A stretch of 60,264 bases of DNA, taken from contig NC_068996.1 of NCBI RefSeq assembly GCF_001194135.2, positions 53,869,701 through 53,929,964 of the forward strand, read 5' to 3'. Below are positions 12,400 through 24,994 of the stretch, one piece after another. How positions within the stretch are numbered: position 1 is the stretch's first letter; every line of letters begins with the position of its first letter. Source of the stretch: Octopus bimaculoides (lineage: Eukaryota). Position numbers and translations under genes: made by a program. The notes under the pieces are model-generated. The model did no database searches, was not told where the DNA came from, and saw only the letters and a list, made by a program, of their open reading frames with translations.

Positions 12400-12803
12400 G
12401 TAAGTAACTTTCCTTATTCACTTCACTGCAAAAATTACTCTTTTTATGCCTCAACTATATAAAAATTAAAAAATAACATTAATTCCTAGGATGATAATGA
12501 TGGCATGACAATTTATCCTGTAGAAGTTATCCTCATTTGTATCTTTTTATGTTAATGCATGGCTTTATTTTCTTAATACTTTTTAATGTATAAGTTGTTA
12601 TAAATGACAATTTTCTCCCAATTTATTTTTTGCCCACTACATTTTCTTACTTTAATTTTTCCTCACTTATTTTCCTCTTTTACTTTTTCTTTCTCTTACT
12701 ACTATCTTTTCTCTCTTATTCCCAAAATGGTTTGTTTAGTTTTGTTTATATGTTTTCTCCTTTCCAATCTCTTTTACTAATTTCATTTTCTATATCACAA
12801 TAG

Positions 12804-13022
12804 GTGTGTTACGCTCCCGAACTACTCGCGTTTACTGGATTGATGGTGTTGGCAAGAAATACACATGGGACCAAAAAGTGGAATTTACAGAATGCATGCA
12901 TGACCCTTCAATCAACACACCACAAACATTTAGACATACCATTAAAAAAATATATTATGGATACAAACAAGACAAACAAACAATCAGTTTTATTGCTGCT
13001 AGTGGTGTCCGAACTATTAAAG
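12804..13022 (+). CDS. NID: Nidogen exon: G2 domain part 3 (GVLRSRTTRVYWIDG...YTWDQKVEFTECMHD...VRTIK)
   Basis: caatag|GT...AAAG|gtaaaa, 219 nt, phase 1-1; matches NID1 YQWRQTITFQECVHD. Confidence 0.93.
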
Positions 13023-14031
13023 GTAAAATATTCTTATCTAAATTATTTGTTTTCTGCATATTATTCCTCATAAATTTCTAAATCTCTATAGTTTCAAATT
13101 ACCATTATCCATTGGGAGTCTTTTGTGATTTTAGCAAAATTATTTTTATGAATTCTTCAAAGTATGAAGAACTACTTTATAGAAGTGTTCTTCAAAAATC
13201 ATCATGTTCCAAGCTGACATGCATTGGACAGTTTGACAGGATCTGATGAGCTTAAAGACTGCACCAGGTTCCCCTTCTTTGTTTTGGCATGGTTTCTATG
13301 GCTGAATGCCCTTCCTAATGCCAATCACTTTACAGAATGTATTGAGTGCTTTATTTGTATCATGCAGCTCATAAGAGTACAAACCTGAAGGGGAGGGGAG
13401 TCAGCTTCATGCTGGGAATTGAAGGTATACAATGTGAGAAGGGGGTGTGGACAAAGCTGGCTCTTGTAGAAGAGCTGTACGGTTACTCACATTTTGTAGG
13501 GGAAGGAGAGGAATGGCCAGTAGGGGCTGTGAAGAGAAAGATATTAGAGATGAGGTGTTCAGGTGAGTAAAAGTGAGTTGGTGAAGAGTCTTCAAGATTG
13601 AATGGGGGTGCAAGAGATGGAAAGATAAAGGGGCATCGTACAAATTTTTTTTAAAAAATGGTTGGGTAGAGATGAAGGAAGATGACCTCTAAGTCATGAG
13701 TTGGGGAAGGACAGAGAGACGCAGGTGGGAATGTATAAGGTGAGGGAGAATGGCAGGATAGAGATAGAATTGACAGGTGGAAGGCAAAGGAGAACAATAA
13801 CAAAATGGGGGCAGGCTGAAGAGTGAGGGTGAGAGGTAGTGCATAGTGACAGGTTCGATTCATTGGGGGTCAGAGGTAGGAAATCAATGAGTGAATGGTA
13901 ACAAACATAATGTATACGATGCTTTTAGAACTTAGTTATGTTGAGGTGGAAAGATCTTCTTAAGATCCATATATGACCCATCAAAATGGTTGTGAGACAT
14001 AGACATTGTTTGTATAGGCTGGGGAGGAATC

Positions 14032-14143
14032 ATTCATTCTTTATATATTGTAGAATTCATTCTTTATATATTGTAGAATTCATTCTTTATATATTGTAGA
14101 ATTCATTCTTTATATATTGTAGAATTCATTCTTTATATATTGT
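14032..14143. repeat. 23-bp minisatellite, about 4.8 copies (ttcattctttatatattgtagaa)
   Basis: Direct inspection, exact period 23. Confidence 0.95.
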
Positions 14144-14732
14144 TAACATTAAAGATGAAATAGAAGCAATCTGAGGAAATGGTTGTACAGAAATGGTTGC
14201 TACCAATGAATGCAGAGCAGATGACTGTCCTTATATGGTTATATGATATGAATGGATGATGAATGCTGGGTATTAAAATGGAAGAAAGTGATGAGAGGAA
14301 GATTTTTCAGTAAAATGCATAACAGTCACCACCTTAGCAGGTTTAAGAATACTGTGGATATTGTGCTGTGTTGTAGACCCATCTAACCCAAGTCAGCATG
14401 GGAAAGAACAAAACAAAACAAAACAAACCCAATCCAAACATTGAAAATCTGTTAATGATGATAGGGAAGATGATTATTGATGATGTGTTGGCAACAACAA
14501 AAACAACAACAACAACAACAATAATCCTTTCTACATAAGGCAAGAAATTTTGCAGGGGAGTAGTGGGGGGGGGGCTAGTTAATTATGTCAACTAGTATGT
14601 ATTTCATTCACCCCTAAGTGATAGAAGGCAAACTCAACTGTGACAGAATTTGTACTCAGAACATAATGACATGTCTGGTATGCTGATGATTTTGCCAGCA
14701 TGCCACCTTAATAATAACGACAACAACAAGAA

Positions 14733-15060
14733 GAAAGAAAAGTCGAGAGATAAGACAGGTTAGCTTGGGAAGTTAAGCAGTTGTGGTCGATGAAAAAAGT
14801 AACAGTTGTACCAATAATTGTCAGAGCCCTGGGAACAGTGAGTGAAAATCTTGAGAAGTATGTGGAACAAATAGGGATTGCAATAAGGGTGGAGTACTTG
14901 CAGAAAACAGAACTGCTTGCAACCGCTCGAATACTTCGGAAAGTGCTTGAAAAATAAGAGGTGTTACCTTAGTTCATTGGTAGTGAACATCTGACACTGT
15001 AATACATCTCCAGCATTAGAAGCTGTGCAAAGGCAATATTAATAATAATAGTAATTATAA
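14733..15060 (+). mobile_element. 3' fragment of an R4/Dong-like (RLE) non-LTR retrotransposon
   Basis: Reads LAWEVKQLWSMKKVTVVPIIVRALGTVSENLEKYVEQIGI...LQKTELLATARILRKVLEK*, followed by a short UTR and an (AAT)n tail; typical C-terminus of R4-clade ORFs. Confidence 0.75.
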
Positions 15061-15594
15061 TAGCTCTCATGGCTTCTGATCCTAATTGATTGGATGTGTT
15101 ATCATGTACATTGTTTTGTCTTAGTATAGAAGATGGGCTACAGCAAATATTCTGCTCAATACCACAGATTTGCTTGTCAGTTGTTTGACCTTAACCAGTT
15201 GAGTATGTTCTTTGGTGGCTGACGATATGCGCATCTCTGATCACGAGCAGAAGTAGTGGGGGAGCATATTAGCCATGTGTTGAGAGGAATTCCTTGGGTG
15301 CTTGAATAATTCACCTCTGGAAACATGGGTATTTCACTCAACACTCTTAAACAACCCTTCTTCAAGGACTGTTTGAGCAAGATGAGCTACTCGACCTGAA
15401 AAAAATTCTAACTGGGCTCCACTTGCAAAGTCATGCACTGTTTATTTTGATTTAAGATCACTATGTCATGCACTTATGGCTGTAATGCATGTGCTTAGTG
15501 TACCCTTATCAGACAGGTAGTCATGATGGATATACTGGGTTTCATATATTTGTATCCCAGCCTCACTTTGATGGCATGCACTGTTCTCTCACTC

Positions 15595-15636
<42 letters not shown>

Positions 15637-16143
15637 CCTGTCTACTATAGGCACAAGGTGAAATCTTAGGTGAAGGGAATAAGTTGATTACATTAATCCC
15701 CAGCACACAACCGGTACTTATTTTACTAGCCCTGAAAGAATGAAGGACAAAGTCAAACTCTGCATAATTTGATCTCAAAAGATAATGTTGGATGATTCTG
15801 CCAGCTTACTGTATTAATGTAATTAATAATAACGACAATGATGCTGATAAAGATGATGACATCGATGATGATGATGACAATAATAATAATGATGACATAA
15901 TACAACTTATTAACCATTTCACATCTAGAAATATTCTGCTGGGTTCCATTTTGTTTGTTACTCTGATAGCAAAGAGTAATAGCTCACTTTGCTACAAGTA
16001 TCTCATTAGAGCTGACCAAATGTCTTAGATAGGTTACCTAGAATAATGACTAATTGTCTCACACCAAACAGATGTATGCATGCAAATATTTAATTACCAT
16101 TAATAAGCAAATTAACTGACCAAACAATAATTCTTTATTTCAG

Positions 16144-16260
16144 ATAGTGGCAACTGCGAAGATGTTACTTGTGGAGACCATTCATATTGTGTGGTTTCAG
16201 GTGATAACTACAGTTGTCCATGTAATCAAGGATATGAAATGGAAAATTACAAGTGTGCAG
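16144..16260 (+). CDS. NID: Nidogen exon: rod EGF 1 (DSGNCEDVTCGDHSYCVVSGDNYSCPCNQGYEMENYKCA)
   Basis: tttcag|AT...GCAG|gtgaga, 117 nt, 6 Cys, phase 1-1. Confidence 0.93.
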
Positions 16261-17787
16261 GTGAGATTCTTTTCATTAAAAATTTTAACGTTGTTTATTG
16301 CTTATGTGTATGTTTTACATGCAAATATACATCAGGCACAGTTGTGGCTGTGTGATAAGAATCTTGCTTACCAATCACATGGTTCTGGGTTCAGTTTCAC
16401 TGCATAGCACCATAGGCAAATGTCTTCTGCAATAGCCTCAGGCTGACCAAAGCTTTGTGAGTGGATCTGGTAGATGAAAGAATCCTGTCATATATATATG
16501 TGTGTGTGTGTGTCTGTTTGCACTTGTAACTTAGCAGTTTGGCAAAAGAGACTGATAGAATAAGTACTAGGCTTAAAAAAGAATAAGTCGTGGGGTTGAT
16601 TTGTTTGAGTAAAACCTTTCAAAGTGGTGCACCAGCATGGCCACAGTCAAAATGACTGACACAAGTAAAAGAGAATCTGTGTGTGTGTACATTAATGTGT
16701 AAGGTCAATTACCATGTATGTTTTATCTGTAATTTTTATAAGTATTTCTGAGTTGAAGGGGAAGGAAAAGGGGGGAGAGGTTTGATTTGTCTGTCAGTCC
16801 TTTAAACTGAATTCTGTGTATATAGACTGCTTCATGTGCAATCACCATTAACACCTTTACCAATATAATATATAATTTTGATATGGTGGCGAGCTGGCAG
16901 AATCGTTAGCACACAGGCGAAGTGCTTAGTGGTATTTTGTCTGTCTTTACGTTCTGAGTTCAAATTCTGTTGAGGTCATCTTTGCCTTTCATCCTTTCGA
17001 GATCAATAAATTAAGTACCAGTTGTGTACTGGGGTTCATCTAATCGACTGGCCACCTCCCCCAAAATTTTGTGCCTTGTGCCTAGAGTAGAAAAAAACAT
17101 ATAATTTTGATATTATAGGTTGTGCTCCATCATAGTACTAAATGCATGAGAACCTCTGAATGTCTTGTGAGTTTATGGATCAGCTTCTGGAAGGGTTCTC
17201 TCTCAAGTGCCATGCTAGGCAAAAATTTTATTGAAGTATTAAAGGCTGCAGTTGCCCATGCATGCAGGTCTTCTCTGTCTATGTCACTGACAAAGGGCCT
17301 ATGATAACTTGAGTCATCATAGACACTACTGTCACATTGCAAAAGGCTGGACAGATATTCCAAGGACAATATTTTTTTTTTTTTTGTGAAAGAGCAACTA
17401 TATTAAATTGAATTGATTTCAGTATTTACAAGTATTTGCAGAAGTTGGAACAAAGAGCAAGTACAACCTACAAAGCATTTAAAATAATGTAATATTGAGC
17501 TAAATGTTTTTTGAAGTATTTACTCCTGTTTTCTTACTATATCAATTCTGTTGTGCTGTGATATCCTTTCTTTAAAATCTCACAAAGATCAGCAGTTTTA
17601 GATGGAAAGAAAATGACAAGTTGTAATATCCTTGTTTTTTTAAGGCTTTTAAGAATGTAATGATATCAATAAAGCCCAAACTGGGCTAAATGAACATATA
17701 ATTTGAGACTATATGCAACAGAATATCAATGTAATATCAAAATAATATATCATTATAATAATAGAATAACATTTTCTTTGAAATTAG

Positions 17788-17910
17788 ATGTGGATGAATG
17801 TCCCAAAGAGGTCTGCGGGGAAAATGAACAATGTTTCAACACACCTGGCTCATATGTTTGTCGTTGTACCACTGGATATGAATCTGAAGGAGGCAAATGC
17901 AAGAGACGAG
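17788..17910 (+). CDS. NID: Nidogen exon: rod EGF 2, calcium-binding type (DVDECPKEVCGENEQCFNTPGSYVCRCTTGYESEGGKCKRR)
   Basis: attag|AT...CGAG|gtatgt, 123 nt; cbEGF consensus DVDEC...CxNTPGSYxC. Confidence 0.95.
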
Positions 17911-18180
17911 GTATGTAAATAATAAGATTTTTATTTTGTAGTTGTTATTGTTGTTTAGTCCCAGATTAGCTCTAATCAAGCAGATCTATGACTAAAAGCG
18001 TTCTTGCAATGACCACCCTGTCTTTTTAAGCGTTATCTAAGATTACACTATCTAATGTGCCTTTTCATTAAAAGTTAGTTATTTCCAAAGAGATTTAATT
18101 GATGTTTTTTGTAAGCTAAGTTGTACCATAGAAGAACCTCTTCTGGATAATTCATCTTCTGTTTTAGTTTTTTTTTTTTT

Positions 18181-18549
18181 TGCACTCCGTCGCTTATAAC
18201 GTCGAGGGTTCCAGTTGATCTGACCAACGGAACAGCCTGCTCGTGAAATTAACGTGCAAGTGGCTGAGCACTCCACAGACACGTGTACCCTTAACATAGT
18301 TCTCAGGGATATTCAGCGTGACACAGTGTGACAAGGGTGACAAGGCTGACCCTTTGAATTACAAGCACTACAGTGAGAGAAAGTTGTGGTGAAAGAGTAC
18401 AGCAGGGTTCGCCACCATCCTCTGCTGGAGCCTCGTGGAGCTTTAGGTGTTTTCGTTCAATAAACACTCACAACGCCTGGTCTGGGAATCGAAACTGCAA
18501 TCCTATGACCATGAGTCCGCTGCCCTAACCACTGGGCCATTGCGCCTCC
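18181..18549 (-). mobile_element. tRNA-derived SINE, family C, complete copy
   Basis: Reverse complement starts ggaggcgcaatggcccagtggttagggcagcggactc...gtttcgattcccagacc, with A- and B-boxes intact. Confidence 0.88.
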
Positions 18550-18794
18550 CCTCTGTTTTAGTACATAGTACTAATGAACAAAATGTACAAAAGTTGTTGC
18601 CATAATTTTGTCCCCAGTAGTCAAAGGCATTCCAGCCGTGACCAGGTCTGGTAAGTTTACCGTTATCAATCCACTGTCTTTTTCCTCTACAAAATAGTTT
18701 TTAACTATTAATGGTGAGGTATTATGGATACCTTTTCTCAGTAAACTTTCCTTGCAGTGAAATTTCCTCATGGTGAATTGATGGCAGTGAACAA

Positions 18795-18916
18795 ATCTGT
18801 AATCAGCTGTGACAATCCTCTTCTTATTTACATATCTGTAATCAGTTGTGACAATCCTCTTCTTATTTACATATCTGTAATCAGTTGTGACAATCCTCTT
18901 CTTATTTACATATCTG
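18795..18916. repeat. 39-bp minisatellite, 3 copies
   Basis: Unit atctgtaatcagttgtgacaatcctcttcttatttacat; produces the 13-aa periodicity in the spurious ORFs. Confidence 0.95.
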
Positions 18917-19021
18917 GTATATCTTACAGCTGCATTATTCAATAAGTTTGTTCCTTTTTTAGACAATAGGTTGTAATTTGAGGGAGATTTAGATGGTTTC
19001 TAGCAATCTCCCATCATTGGC

Positions 19022-19502
19022 TTAACCCTTTCGTTACCATATTTCTGCTGAGATGCTCTGTGTATCTTTCGATTACTTTAAATATAAGAAAGAATTTAGT
19101 AAAATAACTTAGTTATCATTCAGCTAGTGTTAGGAACATAAATTGTGACGAAGGTTTGGTGGAAGATTTTAATTCAGAACTTTTGAAAACAAGACATTTG
19201 TACTCAGAGCCAGAGGTGGTTTCAGCTGGGTTAGTATCTAAAGGGTTAAGAATTATGTCTCTATTCTATATTTTAACCCTTTTGTTACTATATTTCTGTT
19301 GAGATGCTCTGTGTTTCTTTCAATTAATTTTAAATATAACAAAGAATTTAGTAAAATAATTTAGTTATCGTTAAGCTAGTGTTAGGAACATAAATTGTGA
19401 TTAAGGTTTGATAGAAGATTGTAATCCAGAACTTATGAAAACAAGACATTTGTACTACAGAGCCAACGATGGTTTCAGCCAGGTTGGTAATGAAAGGGTC
19501 AA
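19022..19502. mobile_element. Two tandem copies of the same piggyBac-type MITE (19022-19249 and 19273-19502)
   Basis: Each begins TTAACCCTTT and ends AAAGGGTTAA or AAAGGGTCAA; internal sequence matches 11679-11909. Confidence 0.85.
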
Positions 19503-19594
19503 TTTATATAATTGAGTTTGTAGAAAAAAAAAAGGTGCTTTTCTGATTATGTGGAAATGAAATGTCTGTTAAAATGTAATCTTTCTCTTTTTAG

Positions 19595-19711
19595 ACTGCC
19601 CTGAACCATGTCACCCACAAGCTCAGTGTGTTTATAATTATAATACTCGGTCTCCCAAATGTGAGTGCAGTGCAGGCTACAGAGGTGATGGACATTACTG
19701 TGAACTTATAG
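19595..19711 (+). CDS. NID: Nidogen exon: rod EGF 3 (DCPEPCHPQAQCVYNYNTRSPKCECSAGYRGDGHYCELI)
   Basis: tttttag|AC...ATAG|gtaatt, 117 nt, phase 1-1. Confidence 0.93.
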   Translation, partial: TALNHVTHKLSVFIIIILGLPNVSAVQATEVMDITVNL

Positions 19712-21021
19712 GTAATTATTGATTTTTAGGATTTTTTTTTTTACTTGTTTTAATTTATTGTAGCTGGCATATTATTGATAATAAGTGGTTGTCCTTACTC
19801 GTGGAACAACTGAACAACTAACACAACAAGTTTTCATCAAATCAGTGATGGAGATAGTAGTGGTGGGGCTGAGATACACAGAGGGATGACTTCCCATTAT
19901 TTTGTGGCTCAGAGTTGGGTAGCTTATAACATTTTGTTCCACTTTCCCAATACAGCCTTTTCCCTTCCTTCAGTAGCAATTGAACAGCAATGGCCGCAGT
20001 AGCAGCAGCAGCAGCAGGGGTTTAACATTCTAATGGACTGGCATTGTATTTGGTGGTTGTTGTTTAGTCTCATGGACATTAGTGTACTCCCAGTTCCTAT
20101 ATATGTATTCTGTATTTTTGGGGGTGGGGGATGGCTAGTGTCTAATGTGTTCTGTCTCTAAACCAAAACTGTGTGTCATCACCAATGTTTATAAAACACA
20201 AATTTTTTATTTTTTGAGGGTTGATACATTAAAGTATTACTTATTCAGGTTATCTCTAATGATTTTCTATAGAATATCTGTATAGATAACCTTAACAAGT
20301 GATGTGATAGCACTGCTAACACAGAAGAAGACGGTATTGACTTATAAAATATACTTCGTAGTATATTATAGTTGCATAACGAAATGCCGTGTCCCTAGAA
20401 GTCATTAATACTAAGGTATTAGTCAAATATTGTGATTGGTTTAATTGTTTAATCACTCACACCAAAATCTGTCTATGTACCTGTCATCATCATCATCATC
20501 ATTTAACGTACATATTCCATGCCAGTATGGGTAGGATGGTACCACAAGAGCTGGCCAGGCCAAAGCCTGTCTTAGAAATTGTTATTTTTTTAAGTAATGA
20601 AAACATTTTTTTTAAATGGTATTTGCGAATCTAGAATTACTGTTTGTGCCACTATAAAAAAAAAAAAAAAAAAATTGTGAGAGTGAAACAAGTGCTGGTT
20701 GAATTCAATAAAAATTTTGAAGATGTAAAAAGCTCCTTGTACTATGATTCCTGATTAATTTTCAACCAAAGAATCCTTGCTTTGTATGGATTTGTGACTA
20801 TTTGATATGTTATGGTGTTTGCTTTTGGTTTAGAGATTAGGTACATGTTAAACTGGTACAGAATGGAGTATGGACATATACTCGAGGAATTAGCAGTTCT
20901 TTTGTATTCAGCACAAGTAATACCAATATGGAAATCACTAAGTAGATACACTGGCATTGTAAGAGGCCTTCAGGGGTTGCAGATCATACTGGGTAATAGT
21001 ATGCTAAGGAATGATTTCAAA

Positions 21022-24000
21022 ATCATTATCATCATCATCGTTTAACATCTGCTTTCCATGCTGGCATGGGTTAGACAGTTTGACTGAGGGCTGGCAAGCC
21101 AGAAGGCTGCACCAGACTCCAATCTGATCTGGCAAAGTTTCTACAGCTGGATGCCCTTTCTAATGACAACCACCAGCACAAGGGCCAATCAGGCGGTTCT
21201 GGCAACGACCATGCTCAAACGGTGTTTTTTATGTGCTACCTGCACAGGAGCCAGTCTGGCGACACTGGCAGCAATCATGCTCAAATAGGGCTTTTTACAT
21301 GCTACCGGCATGGGAGCCAGTCAGTAGCCCTGGCAATGAACACACTCGAATGGTGCTTTTAATGTTCCACTGGCACGTGTGCCAATCAGGTGGTACTGTC
21401 ATCAGCCACGGCAATGATTTCTTCAGAAGCATAGTTTATTATCCAATGATTGAAGGGTACTTTTAAATGGGCTGGTTATGCAGCACTGGCATAAGCTATG
21501 ATTATGGTCTCACTTGGCTTGCCGGGTCTTCTCAAGCACAGCATATCTCGAAAGATCTCGGTCACTAGTCATTGCCTCGGTAAGGCACAATGTTCGAAGG
21601 TGGTGCTTTACCACCTCAACCCAGATCTTCCTGGGTCTACCTCTTCCACAGGTTCCCTCAACTGCTAGGCTGTGGTACTTTCTCACACAGCTATCCTCAT
21701 CCATTCACAACACATTATCATATCAGCACAGTCATCTCTCTTGCACACCACAGTTCATGCTTCTTAAATCCAACTTTTCTCTCAGGGCACTTACACTTTG
21801 TTGTGTATGCACACTGACATTACACATCCATCAGAGCATACTGGTTTCATTCCTTGCAAGCTTACGCATGTCCTCAGCAGTCACAGCCCATGTTTCATTG
21901 CTATGGCTGTTTGCACACATGCGTCATACAGTCTACCTTTTACTCTGAGTGAGAGGCCCTTTGTCACCAGCAGAGGTAGGAGCTCTCTGAACTTTGTCCA
22001 GGATATTCTTATTCTAGCAGCTACACTTTCAGAGCATCCACTCCTGCTACTGACTTGGTCCCCAAGGTAACGGAAGCTATCAACGACTTGTAGTGTTTCT
22101 CCCTGGAATGGGACAGAAGTTGTTCTCTGCACATTTCCAGTGTTTATTGCTCCTGAGCATCTGCTACATACAAAAACTATCTTCCCAGTTAACCTTCCTC
22201 TGATATTGCTGCACCTCTTATGTGTCCATAGCTTACACTGGGTACATCTTATAGAGTTTCTACCTATGTTTTTTCTACAGATTGTGCAGGGCCATCTACC
22301 TAAGAGATTTGTAGCTTGTCTGCCTTCCTACTTATTAAGACTTTGGTTTTAGCTACGTTGACTCTAAGGCCCTTCAATTCTAGACCTTGCTTCCACACCT
22401 GAAACTTCTCCTCTAGTTCTGATAGTGACTCAGCAATTAGTGCAAGGTCATCAGCATAGAGGAGCTCCCAGGGGCATCCCATCTTGAATTCCTCTGTTAT
22501 TGCCTGGAGGACTATGATAAATAAGAGGGGGCTGAGGACTGATTCTTGGTGGACCCCTACCTCTACCTGGAATTCTTCATTGTACTTGTTGCCAACCCTC
22601 ACCTTACCGACAGCGTCCCTGTTCATGGCTTACACAGCTCTCACTAACCATTCTTCTATCCCTAGTTTCNNNNNNNNNNNNNNNNNNNNNNNNNNNNNNN
22701 NNNNNNNNNNNNNNNNNNNNNNNNNNNNNNNNNNNNNNNNNNNNNNNNNNNNNNNNNNNNNNNNNNNNNNNNNNNNNNNNNNNNNNNNNNNNNNNNNNNN
22801 NNNNNNNNNNNNNNNNNNNNNNNNNNNNNNNNNNNNNNNNNNNNNNNNNNNNNNNNNNNNNNNNNNNNCCTGATGGGCCGAGGGCTTTCTCGGTCTTCAT
22901 ACTCTTAATTGCTTTATCTACCCCGGTACTATCAACTCGGATAGCTGGTCCCTCTATTGGGTCGACATACGGTAGGCTCTCTTCCTCCCATTCATTCTCT
23001 TTATTAAGCAATCTATCGTAGTGGCATCTCCAGACCTCTTTCTTTGCATCCTCATTTAGTGCAAGCGTACCATCATCCATGCGAACACATTTCTCTCCTA
23101 CAACATCACTATTCTCTCTCCTACACTGTCTTGCAACACGAAATACCTCGAGTCTTTGGTCCTCACGGTGCAGAACATTGGTAAATTTTTTCTTATCTGC
23201 TTCCCCTCAGGCTAAAAAAAGCTGTCTCCTAGCTTCCCTTCTGGCAGTCTGATACAATTCCCTGCTACCACCATTCTTCAAGTCCTCCCAAGCTTGTTCT
23301 TTTCTCTAATAGCTTTGTCAACCACATTGTTCCACCACCACGTTATTTTAGGTCAAGAGGGGAGTTTGCACCATCCACAGATCTGGTCAGTGGCCCTCAG
23401 CAGGTTGTCCCGTAGAAACCACAAGTTGTCTTCTACATCATGTGAAGCTATATCCCCTTCTATTTCATCAAAGGCTTTGAGTAATATGTCTCTAAATCTC
23501 TGTCCATTCGCAGGATCTTTGAGCTTCCATATCCTTCTCCTCCATGCTGGTCGTCTTCTGGGCATCCATTTAGCCCTGATCCTGAAGTCGCTAACTACTA
23601 ATCTATGTTGTGGGGTGCACTCTTCACTCAGGAAGGTTTTGGCATTTATAAGCTGCCCTCTTTCCTTATTTCTGGTGAGGATGTCGTCAATTTGGCTTGT
23701 GTGTCTGCCAGAACGGTAGGTGAATAAGTGACTGGCAGGGTTCCTGAAGTTGGTATTGCGAACCATAAGATCATTTGCATCACAGAACTCCAGCAGCCTG
23801 GTTCCCTCCTCATTGCTGGGACCAAAACCATAGCCCCCATGTATGCCATGGAAGCCCCCTGCGTGTTGTCCAACATGTCCATTGAAGTTACCAGCTACAA
23901 AGAGAAGGTCCCTGTCATTTGTCAACAAGGTAGTCTGCAAGAGGGTGTCATAAAATCGGTCTTTTTGTCCATCGGGTAGCCCTGGCTGAGGAGCATAGGC

Positions 24001-24520
24001 CGAGATAATGGTTGCTAACCCATGATGAAGCACTAATCTAATCTTAAGTATTCTGTCGCATATTCTAACTACCTCGATTACCTTATCAACCCATTTCTCT
24101 GCAAGAAGTATACCCACACCCCCAACCCTGTCAGTGTTCCCTGCCCAGAAAATCTTGTACCTGTGTTCTTTGCCTGTGAGGAACCTATCAGAACCTCCTC
24201 TCCACCCTACCTCTTGGATGCAGCACGAATCTACACGTCTCCATTCAAGCATCTCAACAATCTCACCAGACCTACTTTTTAGTATACTCACATTGAGTGT
24301 GCCAACCCTGAGTGTGTGGGAGGTGTGGGCCTGTGAGACCTTGGGATGAGGAACAGCTGTGTCATGTTCCTGAAAAGAAAGCTCGCATTTGGCAGAACTC
24401 ATAAACAAGCAATAGTCTACAACCTGCACACACCACACCATCGTTTTTATGCATTGCCTTACATTGGAGATAAACTCTAAGGGATTTGATAATCTTAACA
24501 GAGCTATAACCAAGTGTTTT
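21022..24520 (-). mobile_element. Near-full-length RTE-clade LINE (APE endonuclease plus RT), disrupted, antisense to nidogen
   Basis: APE motifs VGTLNV / CCIQEV / ISAYAPQ / GNFNGHVG / SQIDDIL (23353-24513). RT motifs GVHQESVLSPLLF and LLYADDLAL (22300-22626). (GAT)n 3' tail at 21022-21040. Stops, frameshifts and an N gap at 22670-22868. Confidence 0.95.
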
Positions 24521-24919
24521 CAGTTAGCCAATCTGTGACAAAATTAGATAAATGAATGAATAAATGATGATAATAAATGAGCGTGAAAGAGAGGGAGAAA
24601 GAGAGAGAATTGAATCAAGTGAAGGGATCTTAAGTTTTTTTTTTTTTAGACATACAGCATGGAAGATGAAGCTATGTTTACATAGATAACGAAATAGGTA
24701 GAATAATGAAATGAACTAATAAGGTAATTATGATGATCTGTGCTGAAAGAGAAGGATTAGATGTACTAGATTGAAAAACAAGATTGCTTATCTGAACATC
24801 TAGTTTTGTACTCTTTTGGCAAGGTGATTAAAATTGAGGTAGGGGAATCTGAGTGAGCTAGTTTATATAGGGTGGGTGGGGGAGAAGGAGGTAAGTGCTG
24901 GGGAAGCAAGTGGTTATAG

Positions 24920-24923
<4 letters not shown>

Positions 24924-24991
<68 letters not shown>
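24924..24991. repeat. (GA)n microsatellite, representative of many: (TA)n 1-152, (TAT)n 8889-8952, (GT)n 29220-29279, (GA)n 33068-33252, (CA)n about 40745-40802, (GCT/ACT)n 58560-58705
   Basis: Direct inspection; most N gaps are flanked by such repeats. Confidence 0.97.

Positions 24992-24994
<3 letters not shown>

Noticed and set aside
14032-14143. CRISPR-like array
   Set aside because: Contiguous tandem units without spacers, in a eukaryotic intron.
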